Source: a virus
DNA: 64,000 nucleotides
Strand: one strand, 5' to 3'
IMG/VR virus record: IMGVR_UViG_3300034954_001721
This document shows, in pieces, positions 18,166 through 27,323 of this stretch. The notes under the pieces are model-generated. The model was not told the DNA's origin and made no database searches. It saw only the letters and a list, made by a program, of their open reading frames with translations. Positions within the stretch are counted from its first letter, which is position 1; the number at the start of each line of letters is the position of its first letter. The translations under genes were made by a program, and so were the position numbers.

Positions 18166-19431
18166 ATGACTAAAAAGATATTTGAAGAACTTCCAGCACG
18201 TAAGCACTCCCCTGCTGCAGCACCTGTTGCTGCAAAAGGTAGTGATAGAAAAGAAAGTGGTGAGGGAGGTTCTGAGAAGAGAATCCGTCAAGCAGTGTAT
18301 GATATCCGATATCGTGCTAGAAGAGAGGGTATTGACTTGAGAGCAGCATACTCTCAGTATATGCAAAATAGTAATTTGAGTGCTCCCGAGCAAGCAGCAG
18401 TTAGAGCAAAACTGTTTGGCAAAGATGGTGGTGGTGATAAGAAAGAATCTTATACTCCATTAATGACTGACGGTGCAACTACATCAGTCGCTAATGCATT
18501 ATTCAAGGTTTTCGTTGAAGATCAACAAGAACAAGAATTTGTCTATGAAGATGAAGGTAGTGATAGAAAGTATAAGGTAAGAGTTACTGATGAGAAGACT
18601 AGTCGTTCGTATGTAAGATACGCTGACCGTGCAAAGATCAATGCTTTAAGAGCAAAAGGTCTTAAAGTTGAAATGACTGAGCACGGTGAACCTGTAGGTG
18701 AGCGTGGTAAGAAAGGAAAGATGGATCCTGTTGCTAAGAATCCAGCACAGAGAGATGGTGATGTAAACAACGATGGTAAGAAAGATGGTACTGATAAGTA
18801 CATCTATAACCGTCGTGATGCAATCAATGCAGCAATTGCTAAGAAAAAAGCAATGAAAGAAGAGTTGATTGTTGATGGAACCACTTCAACTGAAGGTCAA
18901 AACAAAGGCAAGATTACTGGCACTGGTGTAGATAACTATTCTACTGGTGTTGTTAAAGTAATGCCTGAAAATGGTGCTGATATTGATAAAATGAATAAAG
19001 TACGTAAAGGAATTTACGCACATACTGAAGTTGAAATGTCTATTTCTCAGCGTCGTTTGATGGAAATGATTGCGGAGAAGAAAAAGGCAGATGCTTGTGC
19101 TCACAGTGGTGAAGGTAAAGACTGTGAAGTACATGGTATGAAAGCATGTCCTGATTCTGTTTCTGAAGGAATGGGTGGGGACTGTGGTCCTGAAGAAAAG
19201 AAAAAAGAAGATACTAGAGCAGATAAAACTTACCGTGAAGTTCTTAAGAACAAATTGAGATCAATGGGTAAAAAAGTTCTTGCTGCTACTGGTGATGATG
19301 CAGAAGATTCATACGAAAAGATGGCGACTGCTTCTTTCGTTAAGATGGATAAAATGACTGGTAAGATGGAACCTGTAAGTCTTTATAAGGAAGGTTACAG
19401 TAAAAAAAAGAAAAAAAGTAAAGGAAAGTGA
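18166..19431 (+). CDS. hypothetical highly charged virion/internal protein
   Basis: QAVYDIRYRARRE, DGDVNNDGKKD loop, CAH...CEVHG...C motif. Confidence 0.65.
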   Translation: MTKKIFEELPARKHSPAAAPVAAKGSDRKESGEGGSEKRIRQAVYDIRYRARREGIDLRAAYSQYMQNSNLSAPEQAAVRAKLFGKDGGGDKKESYTPLMTDGATTSVANALFKVFVEDQQEQEFVYEDEGSDRKYKVRVTDEKTSRSYVRYADRAKINALRAKGLKVEMTEHGEPVGERGKKGKMDPVAKNPAQRDGDVNNDGKKDGTDKYIYNRRDAINAAIAKKKAMKEELIVDGTTSTEGQNKGKITGTGVDNYSTGVVKVMPENGADIDKMNKVRKGIYAHTEVEMSISQRRLMEMIAEKKKADACAHSGEGKDCEVHGMKACPDSVSEGMGGDCGPEEKKKEDTRADKTYREVLKNKLRSMGKKVLAATGDDAEDSYEKMATASFVKMDKMTGKMEPVSLYKEGYSKKKKKSKGK

Positions 19432-19436
19432 GGGAT

Positions 19437-19952
19437 ATGAAAACATTTCAACAGTTTGCCGAACAGGCATATTCATCAAAGCAGATTGATGAAGGTCTTC
19501 TTAAACAGCTTGGTGTCAAAGCATTAGAATATGGTACAAGAAATGCACCAAAGGTTATTAGAGCGGTTAAAGGTCTATTCTCAAAAGGTAAACCGAAGCC
19601 AATTCCTGCCGGTGATATTGGTGCTATGAGACTTCGCCAAGGTCAAGCAACAGATGCTGTGAATAGACTCAATAAGAGTACTGCAGCATCAAAGGCAAAT
19701 GATGCTACTCGCGCTGCAACGAGGGAAAGAACTAGATTGAATAATCTAGATCCTCGTGCTGTTAGTGACGCTAATAAGCGTAGAGAAGCTGCTCAAGTTA
19801 TGCAGAGAAATGTGGAAAAAGGTAGACCATCTTTTGCAGGACCACAACCAGTTGATAGATTAGACTACAGACCTGGTGATCCTATGTTTACAGATGCTCT
19901 GAAGAGATATTATGCTGCTAAGAGGGCAGGAGTAAAGGGACTTCCAAAATAA
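19437..19952 (+). CDS. putative internal head protein with capsid-targeting-like leader
   Basis: MKTFQQFAEQAYSSKQIDE followed by basic cargo. Confidence 0.6.
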   Translation: MKTFQQFAEQAYSSKQIDEGLLKQLGVKALEYGTRNAPKVIRAVKGLFSKGKPKPIPAGDIGAMRLRQGQATDAVNRLNKSTAASKANDATRAATRERTRLNNLDPRAVSDANKRREAAQVMQRNVEKGRPSFAGPQPVDRLDYRPGDPMFTDALKRYYAAKRAGVKGLPK

Positions 19953-19993
19953 AAGATTAAGTCGCTATATAGAGTATTGTATGCTCTAAAGCA

Positions 19994-20200
19994 ATGTTAG
20001 CATTTCTCCTTCCGCTCGCATCAAAAATCATCAAAGATGCTGTCGCACAGATTCCTGAAAACGAAGAACTCGGTGAGAAGATGGTTGAGATCTGTCTTGT
20101 TATCCTGGGTAAAGCGGTTAAGCTGACTAAGACAGATATGGATGACCAATTACTGGAAGTTGTCAAGAAGGCAATTGCCACCCGTGAAGGTGAGGAGTGA
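19994..20200 (+). CDS. conserved hypothetical protein
   Basis: LLPLASKII...TKTDMDDQLL. Confidence 0.7.
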   Translation: MLAFLLPLASKIIKDAVAQIPENEELGEKMVEICLVILGKAVKLTKTDMDDQLLEVVKKAIATREGEE

Positions 20201-20220
20201 TTCCTCACTTTTTATAAATA
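20190..20220 (+). terminator. terminator hairpin followed by late promoter TATAAATA (20213-20220)
   Basis: gtgaggag-tga-ttcctcac, T-run, then TATAAATA. Confidence 0.6.
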
Positions 20221-20249
20221 TCTTTATAAAGATTCACAGGTAAGGAAAC

Positions 20250-20543
20250 ATGTCTCTTTGGGGAAATACTGATACTTCTGGTGACGAGCCAAAGTTCACA
20301 ACCCATCACCAAGGTATGGATGCATCCAACTTTGATATTTTTGGTGTAGACGCAACTGAACTTGGTGTAGCAAATGCAGCATCTGGTGATGCTCGTAAGT
20401 ATGCACCTACTCACGAAGGATGGGTTGGTATCACAACTTACATGGATATGCACGGCAATCTCAGAGTTAAGTCTGAAACTGTTGTTGCACTGAACATTGC
20501 ATCTGGTGACCAGTCCGACGACACCATCTTCCCAGACAGCTGA
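20250..20543 (+). CDS. conserved T4-like late protein
   Basis: MSLWG...HEGWV...RVKSETVVA; late promoter upstream. Confidence 0.7.
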   Translation: MSLWGNTDTSGDEPKFTTHHQGMDASNFDIFGVDATELGVANAASGDARKYAPTHEGWVGITTYMDMHGNLRVKSETVVALNIASGDQSDDTIFPDS

Positions 20544-20559
20544 TAACATGGGTTAATAT

Positions 20560-20931
20560 ATGAGATTTGATGAATTGAACGAGAGTAACTATCTACTCTT
20601 TGCTATAAAATTTTATAACAACCCACAATCAGTTACTAGGGATGATTTTGAGTCTGACCTAAAACGGATTCGTTATATTAAAAGACTGTTGAAGAGATAT
20701 AAAAATACAGGTGAACTTAAGATTCACCTGATATTGAATCACCTTATTATATTGTTTAACGTCTTTGATGAAGCGGCAGTGCCGTTGTTGTTTTATCACT
20801 TGGAGGAGGAACTCTGGCCATCAATAAAGAGTTTCCTTGTCTTTCTGAAAAGAATACCAGAGTATCCAAAAAGTGATATTACAGGAATTCCTTTAGATTA
20901 TGACTGTCTAAAGCAATTAGAAGAACTTTAA
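20560..20931 (+). CDS. conserved T4-like hypothetical protein
   Basis: LFAIKFYNNP...DLKRIRYIKRLL...LILNHLIILFNVF. Confidence 0.8.
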   Translation: MRFDELNESNYLLFAIKFYNNPQSVTRDDFESDLKRIRYIKRLLKRYKNTGELKIHLILNHLIILFNVFDEAAVPLLFYHLEEELWPSIKSFLVFLKRIPEYPKSDITGIPLDYDCLKQLEEL

Positions 20932-21140
20932 TGGACATCGATAAAATTATTGACATCATTCGCAACCAAAAGTTGAACGAAATGATGGGTGCTGGTGCCG
21001 TTAGTGGTCCAACAAATAATGTTGGCGATGGTAAGATAGCTGGAACAGTTGAGGCAGGAGATGATCCTCCTGTAAGAAAGAAGAAAAGATATGTTTATGG
21101 AGGAAAAGGATCACGTAAGATGTGGATGAAAAATGGATGA
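20931..21140 (+). CDS. conserved hypothetical protein
   Basis: PTNNVGDGKIAG...DDPPV; coupled ORF. Confidence 0.65.
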   Translation: MDIDKIIDIIRNQKLNEMMGAGAVSGPTNNVGDGKIAGTVEAGDDPPVRKKKRYVYGGKGSRKMWMKNG

Positions 21141-21519
21141 CGCTGGGGTTAATGCTGCTATACTAGAAAGATTGGAGAGGGTAGTAGAATCCTTACAGGA
21201 TAATTCTGTAAAGATGGGACAACTCCTAGCGGTTCATAATGAGAAATTAGATAAACAAGATAGAATTGATGCTGTACTCTTTGAGAAGGTAGAAAGCGTA
21301 CACAGAGAAGTTAATCGTAGAGCGGAAGAAATAAAGAAAGGTTGTGAAAGGGATATAAAAAAAATTGACGAGAGACTCAGGATTATGGAGAAGAAGATGT
21401 GGACCATTGCCGGTGCTTTGACAGTCATATCATTTTTTGTTAGTTTGCCAGGTCAAAAATTGATACAAAGTTTCTTGACTCCCGAACCACAGCAGGTTAT
21501 AATAGAGAGACAAAAGTGA
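21133..21519 (+). CDS. coiled-coil protein with C-terminal TM segment
   Basis: LLAVHNEKL coiled coil, WTIAGALTVISFFV. Confidence 0.7.
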   Translation: MDDAGVNAAILERLERVVESLQDNSVKMGQLLAVHNEKLDKQDRIDAVLFEKVESVHREVNRRAEEIKKGCERDIKKIDERLRIMEKKMWTIAGALTVISFFVSLPGQKLIQSFLTPEPQQVIIERQK

Positions 21520-21528
21520 TCTGTTGTA

Positions 21529-22500
21529 ATGGATCTGATTGATTCCAAGTACGTTGGATTGATTTCGTCACGCCTACAAAAATTCAAGAAGGTCAAATCT
21601 GACCTGTACAACTTCCGTTGCCCTATCTGTGGAGACTCACAGAAGAACAAGAACAAGTGTCGTGGGTATATGTATGTTGTGAAGAACAATACCAACTTTA
21701 AGTGTCATAACTGTGGTGCTAGTTTGTCGTTGAATAATTTTATCAAGAAACTTGACACAACTCTGCATAAGCAATATACACTTGAAAAGTTCAAGGAGGG
21801 TCATACTGGACGTAGTTTTGTTGTTGATGAACCAGAGTTTACTTTCAAGAAACCAGTCTTCAAGAAAAAATTAAATCTACCAAAAGCATCAGAAAATCTC
21901 ATTGCGAACGATTACTTAGTAAAAAGAAAACTCAATCCAGAAAAGTTTTATTACACTGACAAATTTAAAGAGTGGTCAAATACACAAAAGCAAACCTTTG
22001 ACTCCACATATAGGGACGAACCGCGTATTATCATACCAATGTACAATACGGGCAAGAATCTTATTGGTTTTCAAGGAAGAAGTCTAACTCCAAACTCTGT
22101 TAAATATATCACTGTGATGTTGGATGATGATTCTCCGAAACTATACGGACTTGAAACCATCAATGAAGAAGAACCGATTTACATTGTTGAAGGACCCTTT
22201 GACTCCACGTTCGTGGAAAACTCTGTTGCTATGTGTGGGTCCGATGTTGATATTCGGTCGTTTGGTTGGGGCGATCATATTTGGGTTCTTGATAATGAAC
22301 CACGTAACCGAGAAATCGTCAACCGAATCGCCAAACTCATCGATAGAGGAGAGAAGGTAGTAATCTGGAGAAACAACATTGTAGAGAAAGACATCAACGA
22401 TATGGTCCTTGCTGGACATGACGTTATGTCTATGATAAAATTGAATACATATTCTGGTTTAGAAGCAAAAGTCAAATTTAACAGTTGGAAAAAAGTATGA
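21529..22500 (+). CDS. gp61: DNA primase
   Basis: CPICGDS...CHNC zinc finger, FQGR, VEGPFDS, DNE, KDINDM. Confidence 0.96.
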   Translation: MDLIDSKYVGLISSRLQKFKKVKSDLYNFRCPICGDSQKNKNKCRGYMYVVKNNTNFKCHNCGASLSLNNFIKKLDTTLHKQYTLEKFKEGHTGRSFVVDEPEFTFKKPVFKKKLNLPKASENLIANDYLVKRKLNPEKFYYTDKFKEWSNTQKQTFDSTYRDEPRIIIPMYNTGKNLIGFQGRSLTPNSVKYITVMLDDDSPKLYGLETINEEEPIYIVEGPFDSTFVENSVAMCGSDVDIRSFGWGDHIWVLDNEPRNREIVNRIAKLIDRGEKVVIWRNNIVEKDINDMVLAGHDVMSMIKLNTYSGLEAKVKFNSWKKV

Positions 22501-24794
22501 GTAACGGGACAAAAGTAGTCAAGAGAAATGGAAATACTGAACCTCTTGATTTAAATAAACTTCACGTTATGGTGGAGCAAGCATGTAAAGACCTTGCAGG
22601 AGTTTCAGCATCACAGGTTGAAATGCAATCTGGTATTCAGTTTTATGATGGTATCACTACAGCAGAAATTCAAGAAATTCTAATTCGTTCTGCATCAGAT
22701 TTGATTGACCTTGACCATCCTAACTATCAGTTCGTAGCAGCGCGTTTGCTGCTGTTTGCGCTCCGTAAGCAACTGTTTGGTCGTATGCATGAGAATCCCT
22801 CTGTTAAGGAGCATATAGAGGCATGTGTAGAGAGGGGAGTTTATGATCCAGAAATCCTGAATCTATACACTGAGGAAGAGTTTACTAAACTCCAGTCATT
22901 CATTGACCATAGTAGAGATTATTTGTTTACATATGCTGGTCTTCGTCAGGTTGTAGATAAATATCTTGTCCAGGATAGAAGCAGTGGTTCTGTTTATGAG
23001 ACACCTCAGTTCATGTATCTGTTGATTGCTGCTACCATCTTTTCAAAGTATCCCAAAGAAACACGTCTCGATTACGTAAAGAAGTACTATGACGCAATCT
23101 CCAGGCACAAAATCAACATTCCCACACCTATCATGGCGGGAGTGCGAACTCCACTTCGACAATATGCTAGCTGTGTTCTTGTTGATGTTGATGACTCCCT
23201 CGATAGCATCTTTACTTCTGATATGGCTATTGGCAGATACGTTGCACAAAGGGCGGGAATCGGCATCAACGCAGGTCGCATCCGTGGCATCAACGCTAAA
23301 ATCAGAGGCGGAGAAGTACAACACACAGGCGTCGTCCCATTTCTCAAAAAGTTTGAGGCAACTGTCCGATGCTGCACTCAAAACGGCATCAGAGGTGGAA
23401 GCGCGACAGTCCATTTTCCCATTTGGCATCAAGAAATAGAAGACATTATTGTCCTAAAGAATAATAAAGGTACAGAAGACAATCGCGTAAGGAAACTTGA
23501 CTATTCGATTCAAATCTCAAAACTTTTCTACGAAAGATTTATTCGGAACGAAGAAATCTCCCTCTTCAGCCCTCACGATGTTCCAGGTCTGTATGATGCT
23601 TTTGGTACTGATGCGTTTGATGACCTCTATGTGGGTTATGAATCTGATGGATCAATTCCTCGTAAAACGCTTAAAGCGCAAGACCTGTTCCTAGACCTCT
23701 TGAAAGAAAGGGCAGAAACTGGTAGACTGTATATCATGAACATTGATCACTGCAACTCTCACTCTTCTTTTATGGATAAAGTTGAGATGAGCAATCTATG
23801 TCAAGAGATTACTCTCCCCACCAAACCACTCAAGCATATTGACGATGAAAACGGAGAAATTGCTCTCTGCATACTTAGTGCTATCAATATCGGAAAAATT
23901 AGGGATCTTGAGGATCTTGAAATTCTTTGCGATCTTGCTGTTCGCAGTCTTGATGAACTTATTGATTTCCAAAACTATCCCATCAGAGCAGCAGAAATTG
24001 CCACAAAAGCACGCCGTTCACTTGGAATCGGTTACATCGGTTTAGCACATTATCTTGCTAAGAATGGTGTAAACTACAGTGATACCGAGGCATGGAAACT
24101 TGTTCATGACTTAACCGAGGCATTCCAATACTATCTCATTCAGTCCACTGTGAATCTTGCAGAAGAGAAGGGTGCCTGTGAGTATAGCAGCCGAACAAAA
24201 TACGGTAACGGAATTCTGCCAATCGATACATATAAACATGACGTAGATGAAATAGTTCCGAATGAGCTTCACTATGATTGGGAGAATCTTCGATCGCGGG
24301 TTATTGCCCACGGAGTTAGGAACTCAACATTGTCCGCTCAGATGCCATCGGAAAGCAGTTCCGTTGTGTCAAACGCAACAAATGGAATCGAACCACCTAG
24401 AGGATATTTGTCCATTAAGAAGAGCAAAAAAGGACCACTCAAACAGATTGTTCCTCAGTATGCATCTCTTAAGAACAATTATACGCTCCTCTGGGATATG
24501 GAGTCTAATCGTGGTTACATCAATATTGTTGCTGTTATGCAGAAGTTCTTTGACCAAGCAATCAGCGGCAACTGGAGTTATAACCCAACCCAGTATCCAG
24601 AAAATGAAGTCCCCGTCTCCGTAATGGCGCAGGATCTTCTAACCACCTACAAATATGGTTGGAAGACTTCATACTATCAAAACACATACGACTTCAAGAC
24701 TGATGAGGTTGAAGAAACCAAAGAAAGTCTTGACAATCTAATCGCTCAACTAGAACAAGCAGAGGAGGAAGAGTGTGAGTCTTGTAAGATTTAA
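22497..24794 (+). CDS. nrdA: class Ia ribonucleotide reductase alpha subunit
   Basis: ATP cone, PTP, SCVL, SNLCQEI, MPSESSS, C-terminal CESC. Confidence 0.98.
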   Translation: MSNGTKVVKRNGNTEPLDLNKLHVMVEQACKDLAGVSASQVEMQSGIQFYDGITTAEIQEILIRSASDLIDLDHPNYQFVAARLLLFALRKQLFGRMHENPSVKEHIEACVERGVYDPEILNLYTEEEFTKLQSFIDHSRDYLFTYAGLRQVVDKYLVQDRSSGSVYETPQFMYLLIAATIFSKYPKETRLDYVKKYYDAISRHKINIPTPIMAGVRTPLRQYASCVLVDVDDSLDSIFTSDMAIGRYVAQRAGIGINAGRIRGINAKIRGGEVQHTGVVPFLKKFEATVRCCTQNGIRGGSATVHFPIWHQEIEDIIVLKNNKGTEDNRVRKLDYSIQISKLFYERFIRNEEISLFSPHDVPGLYDAFGTDAFDDLYVGYESDGSIPRKTLKAQDLFLDLLKERAETGRLYIMNIDHCNSHSSFMDKVEMSNLCQEITLPTKPLKHIDDENGEIALCILSAINIGKIRDLEDLEILCDLAVRSLDELIDFQNYPIRAAEIATKARRSLGIGYIGLAHYLAKNGVNYSDTEAWKLVHDLTEAFQYYLIQSTVNLAEEKGACEYSSRTKYGNGILPIDTYKHDVDEIVPNELHYDWENLRSRVIAHGVRNSTLSAQMPSESSSVVSNATNGIEPPRGYLSIKKSKKGPLKQIVPQYASLKNNYTLLWDMESNRGYINIVAVMQKFFDQAISGNWSYNPTQYPENEVPVSVMAQDLLTTYKYGWKTSYYQNTYDFKTDEVEETKESLDNLIAQLEQAEEEECESCKI

Positions 24795-25959
24795 GACGAA
24801 CAAAGAGGAGAGACCAGTGGTTAACTCCATGACAGTATTCAACTCAGAAGAAGTTGATACCAAAAAACAACCAATGTTTTTTGGTAAACCATTAGGAATT
24901 CAAAGATATGATTCTTACAAGTATCCAATCTTTGACAAACTCACAACACAACAACTAGGATATTTTTGGAGACCTGAGGAGGTCTCCCTACAGAAGGATC
25001 GCAGTGACTATCAGACATTACGCCCAGAGCAAAAGCACATTTTTACCAGCAATCTTAAGTACCAGATCATGTTGGATAGTGTACAAGGGCGCGGTCCTGG
25101 GATGGCTTTTATCCCTTACTGCTCACTACCTGAGTTAGAGGCGTGCATGGAAGTCTGGGGATTCATGGAAATGATTCACAGTCGTTCATATACTCATATC
25201 ATCAAGAACATTTATCCAGACCCTTCAGATGTGTTTGACCACATTCTGAATGATGATCGTATCGTAGAACGTGCCATGAGCGTGACTCAGGCATATAATG
25301 ATTTTATTAATGCTGCACATTTTTATGATAATTCTACTCAGTGGCAGCAAGCACTAGAACAAGTTCCCTACGCACTCGACGAAAGGTATGAACTCAAGCG
25401 CAAACTCTTCAGAGCAGTTGCAAACGTTAATATTCTTGAAGGTATTCGCTTTTACGTATCATTTGCTTGCAGTTTTGCATTTGGCGAACTCAAACTTATG
25501 GAAGGAAGTGCAAAAATCATCTCTCTGATTGCTCGTGATGAGAATCAGCATCTTGCTATTACTCAGAATATTCTGAAAAAGTGGCGTGAAGGTGATGACC
25601 CTGATATGAAGAAAATCTTCAAGGAAGAGGAGCAATGGTTGATTAACACATTTGAAAACTGTGTTAATCAGGAAAAACTTTGGGCAGAATATCTGTTCAA
25701 GGATGGTTCAATGATTGGTTTAAATGACAAACTGTTACAACAGTATGTTGAATGGATTGCCAATCGTAGAATGAAAGCAATCGGACTTAAACCAACTTAT
25801 GATATACCTGCAAAGAATAATCCACTTCCTTGGACAGAGCACTGGATCTCTTCTAAAGGTCTTCAAGTGGCACCACAAGAAACAGAAGTTGAATCCTACA
25901 TCGTTGGAGGAATCAAGCAAGATGTTAAAGCAGACACTTTCTCAGGATTCAGTCTCTGA
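24775..25959 (+). CDS. nrdB: class Ia ribonucleotide reductase beta subunit
   Basis: FWRPEE, DSVQ, EMIHSRSY radical Tyr, EGIRFY, RDENQH, APQETE. Confidence 0.97.
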   Translation: MSLVRFKTNKEERPVVNSMTVFNSEEVDTKKQPMFFGKPLGIQRYDSYKYPIFDKLTTQQLGYFWRPEEVSLQKDRSDYQTLRPEQKHIFTSNLKYQIMLDSVQGRGPGMAFIPYCSLPELEACMEVWGFMEMIHSRSYTHIIKNIYPDPSDVFDHILNDDRIVERAMSVTQAYNDFINAAHFYDNSTQWQQALEQVPYALDERYELKRKLFRAVANVNILEGIRFYVSFACSFAFGELKLMEGSAKIISLIARDENQHLAITQNILKKWREGDDPDMKKIFKEEEQWLINTFENCVNQEKLWAEYLFKDGSMIGLNDKLLQQYVEWIANRRMKAIGLKPTYDIPAKNNPLPWTEHWISSKGLQVAPQETEVESYIVGGIKQDVKADTFSGFSL

Positions 25960-26047
25960 TTCATATGCAGCATACAGAGAGGCGGCGAAATCAGACGCCT
26001 TTCTGTTTGGTGATTATGATGGATATCAAGCATTTGAAGATTTGGAT

Positions 26048-26081
26048 AAGGAGGGGTAATTCCCTCCTTTTTTTATAAATA
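26048..26081 (+). terminator. terminator fused to late promoter TATAAATA (26074-26081)
   Basis: aaggagggg-taat-tccctcctt, T-run, then TATAAATA. Confidence 0.75.
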
Positions 26082-26100
26082 CTAAAAAAGTCCGACTAAG

Positions 26101-26898
26101 ATGAAGACCTATACTCAATTTATTGAAGAATCCCATTCTGCTAGGGAAAATATTCAAGAAGCAATACCTCTGGCACTGATAGGTGCTGCAAAGTTAGCGA
26201 GTATGGGACTGAGTGCATATTCTGCTTATAGTGCAGCACAAAACTTAAAGAAAGGAAAGTATGGTGATGCTGCATTAGACGCTCTGGGAGTGGTTCCTGG
26301 AGGCGTTGCGTTTAAGGGTGCAAGAGCACTCGGTGCTAGTAGAAACCTTGCAAGAGGTGCTTCTGCAACTCAGAGTGTTGCAAGAAACTTTTCTCCAAAC
26401 GCCAGAAATCGTGCCATTGAAGGTGGAATCGATATGGCAACTAAGGCAGCACTTGGAACTGGTACTGCATCTGCTTCACAAACAGAACCATCAAAGACTC
26501 AACCAGCATCATCAACTCAACCATCTCAACCATCTCAACCATCTCAACCAGCACCTAGACCCAAACCTTCAAGTGTTGTTCTGGCACGTAAAGGTGGTGT
26601 AATGGGTAAGTTGGATAAAGCAACTGGAAAGTGGACTAAGGGTGATTGGACTAAACAGGAATCTGATAGATATAAGAGAGTTGCTGCTCAGAAAGCAGCA
26701 CCTAAACCAGCACCTGTTGTTAAATCTAACAACATAAATCTTCCTTCTGCAGTAACAGCAAAATCCGCTGTAAAAAAATCGGTACCAGTAGGTGATACTG
26801 TAAAGACAAAAGTGAATCCAGATAGTAGTCTTCAAGTAACTCAAAGAAGAAGTAAGGAGGCTACTGAGAAGATTAAGAAGTCTCTTGATATCAATTGA
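26101..26898 (+). CDS. putative internal head protein with capsid-targeting-like leader
   Basis: MKTYTQFIEE leader; Ala/Gly hydrophobic segments; SQP repeats; basic tail. Confidence 0.7.
   Translation: MKTYTQFIEESHSARENIQEAIPLALIGAAKLASMGLSAYSAYSAAQNLKKGKYGDAALDALGVVPGGVAFKGARALGASRNLARGASATQSVARNFSPNARNRAIEGGIDMATKAALGTGTASASQTEPSKTQPASSTQPSQPSQPSQPAPRPKPSSVVLARKGGVMGKLDKATGKWTKGDWTKQESDRYKRVAAQKAAPKPAPVVKSNNINLPSAVTAKSAVKKSVPVGDTVKTKVNPDSSLQVTQRRSKEATEKIKKSLDIN
26516..26550 (+). repeat. 9-bp coding tandem repeat (ctcaaccat, about 4 copies; SQP)
   Basis: Direct inspection. Confidence 0.85.
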
Positions 26899-26905
26899 AG
26901 CACTT

Positions 26906-26913
26906 TATAAATA
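26906..26913 (+). promoter_or_regulatory. T4-type late promoter
   Basis: TATAAATA. Confidence 0.7.
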
Positions 26914-26932
26914 TTTAAAAACAAAGTAGATA

Positions 26933-27322
26933 ATGAAATCGTATAAGGACTTTGTTGGAGAGTCTTACTCCGCTAGAGAAAACTTAGATGAGGGACTCGG
27001 TTCTCTTGCCGCCAAACTTATTCGTGGTACTGGAAAATTAGCATGGAAGGGTGCAAAGGCCACTCTTGGAAGTGATCGTGGAAGAAGAATTGTTGGTGGC
27101 ATTGGTGCTTATGATGCGGGTCAGAATGTTATGAAGGGTGAGAAAGGAGAAAGAAATAAAGGACATATGGGTTCTGTAGCGACTGGTGCTGCTGCAGCAT
27201 TGATGCCTAGAAGAGGTTTATTCCCTTATGCTGGTGCTGCTGCTTTAGGTCTTCATCTTGGCGATTATGTTTACAGACAAATGCGTCTGAGAGATAAAGA
27301 AAAGCAACTGAAGGGAAATTGA
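26933..27322 (+). CDS. putative internal head protein with capsid-targeting-like leader
   Basis: MKSYKDFVGESYSARENLDE leader, paralogous to the 26101 leader. Confidence 0.7.
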   Translation: MKSYKDFVGESYSARENLDEGLGSLAAKLIRGTGKLAWKGAKATLGSDRGRRIVGGIGAYDAGQNVMKGEKGERNKGHMGSVATGAAAALMPRRGLFPYAGAAALGLHLGDYVYRQMRLRDKEKQLKGN

Positions 27323-27323
27323 A

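Noticed and set aside
10496-25959. Inteins or introns in gp43, gp41, nrdA, nrdB
   Set aside because: All reading frames are continuous and of ordinary length.
25799-26059. 86-aa ORF overlapping the nrdB end
   Set aside because: Mostly overlaps nrdB. A shorter real peptide at its 3' end is possible, but I cannot fix a start.
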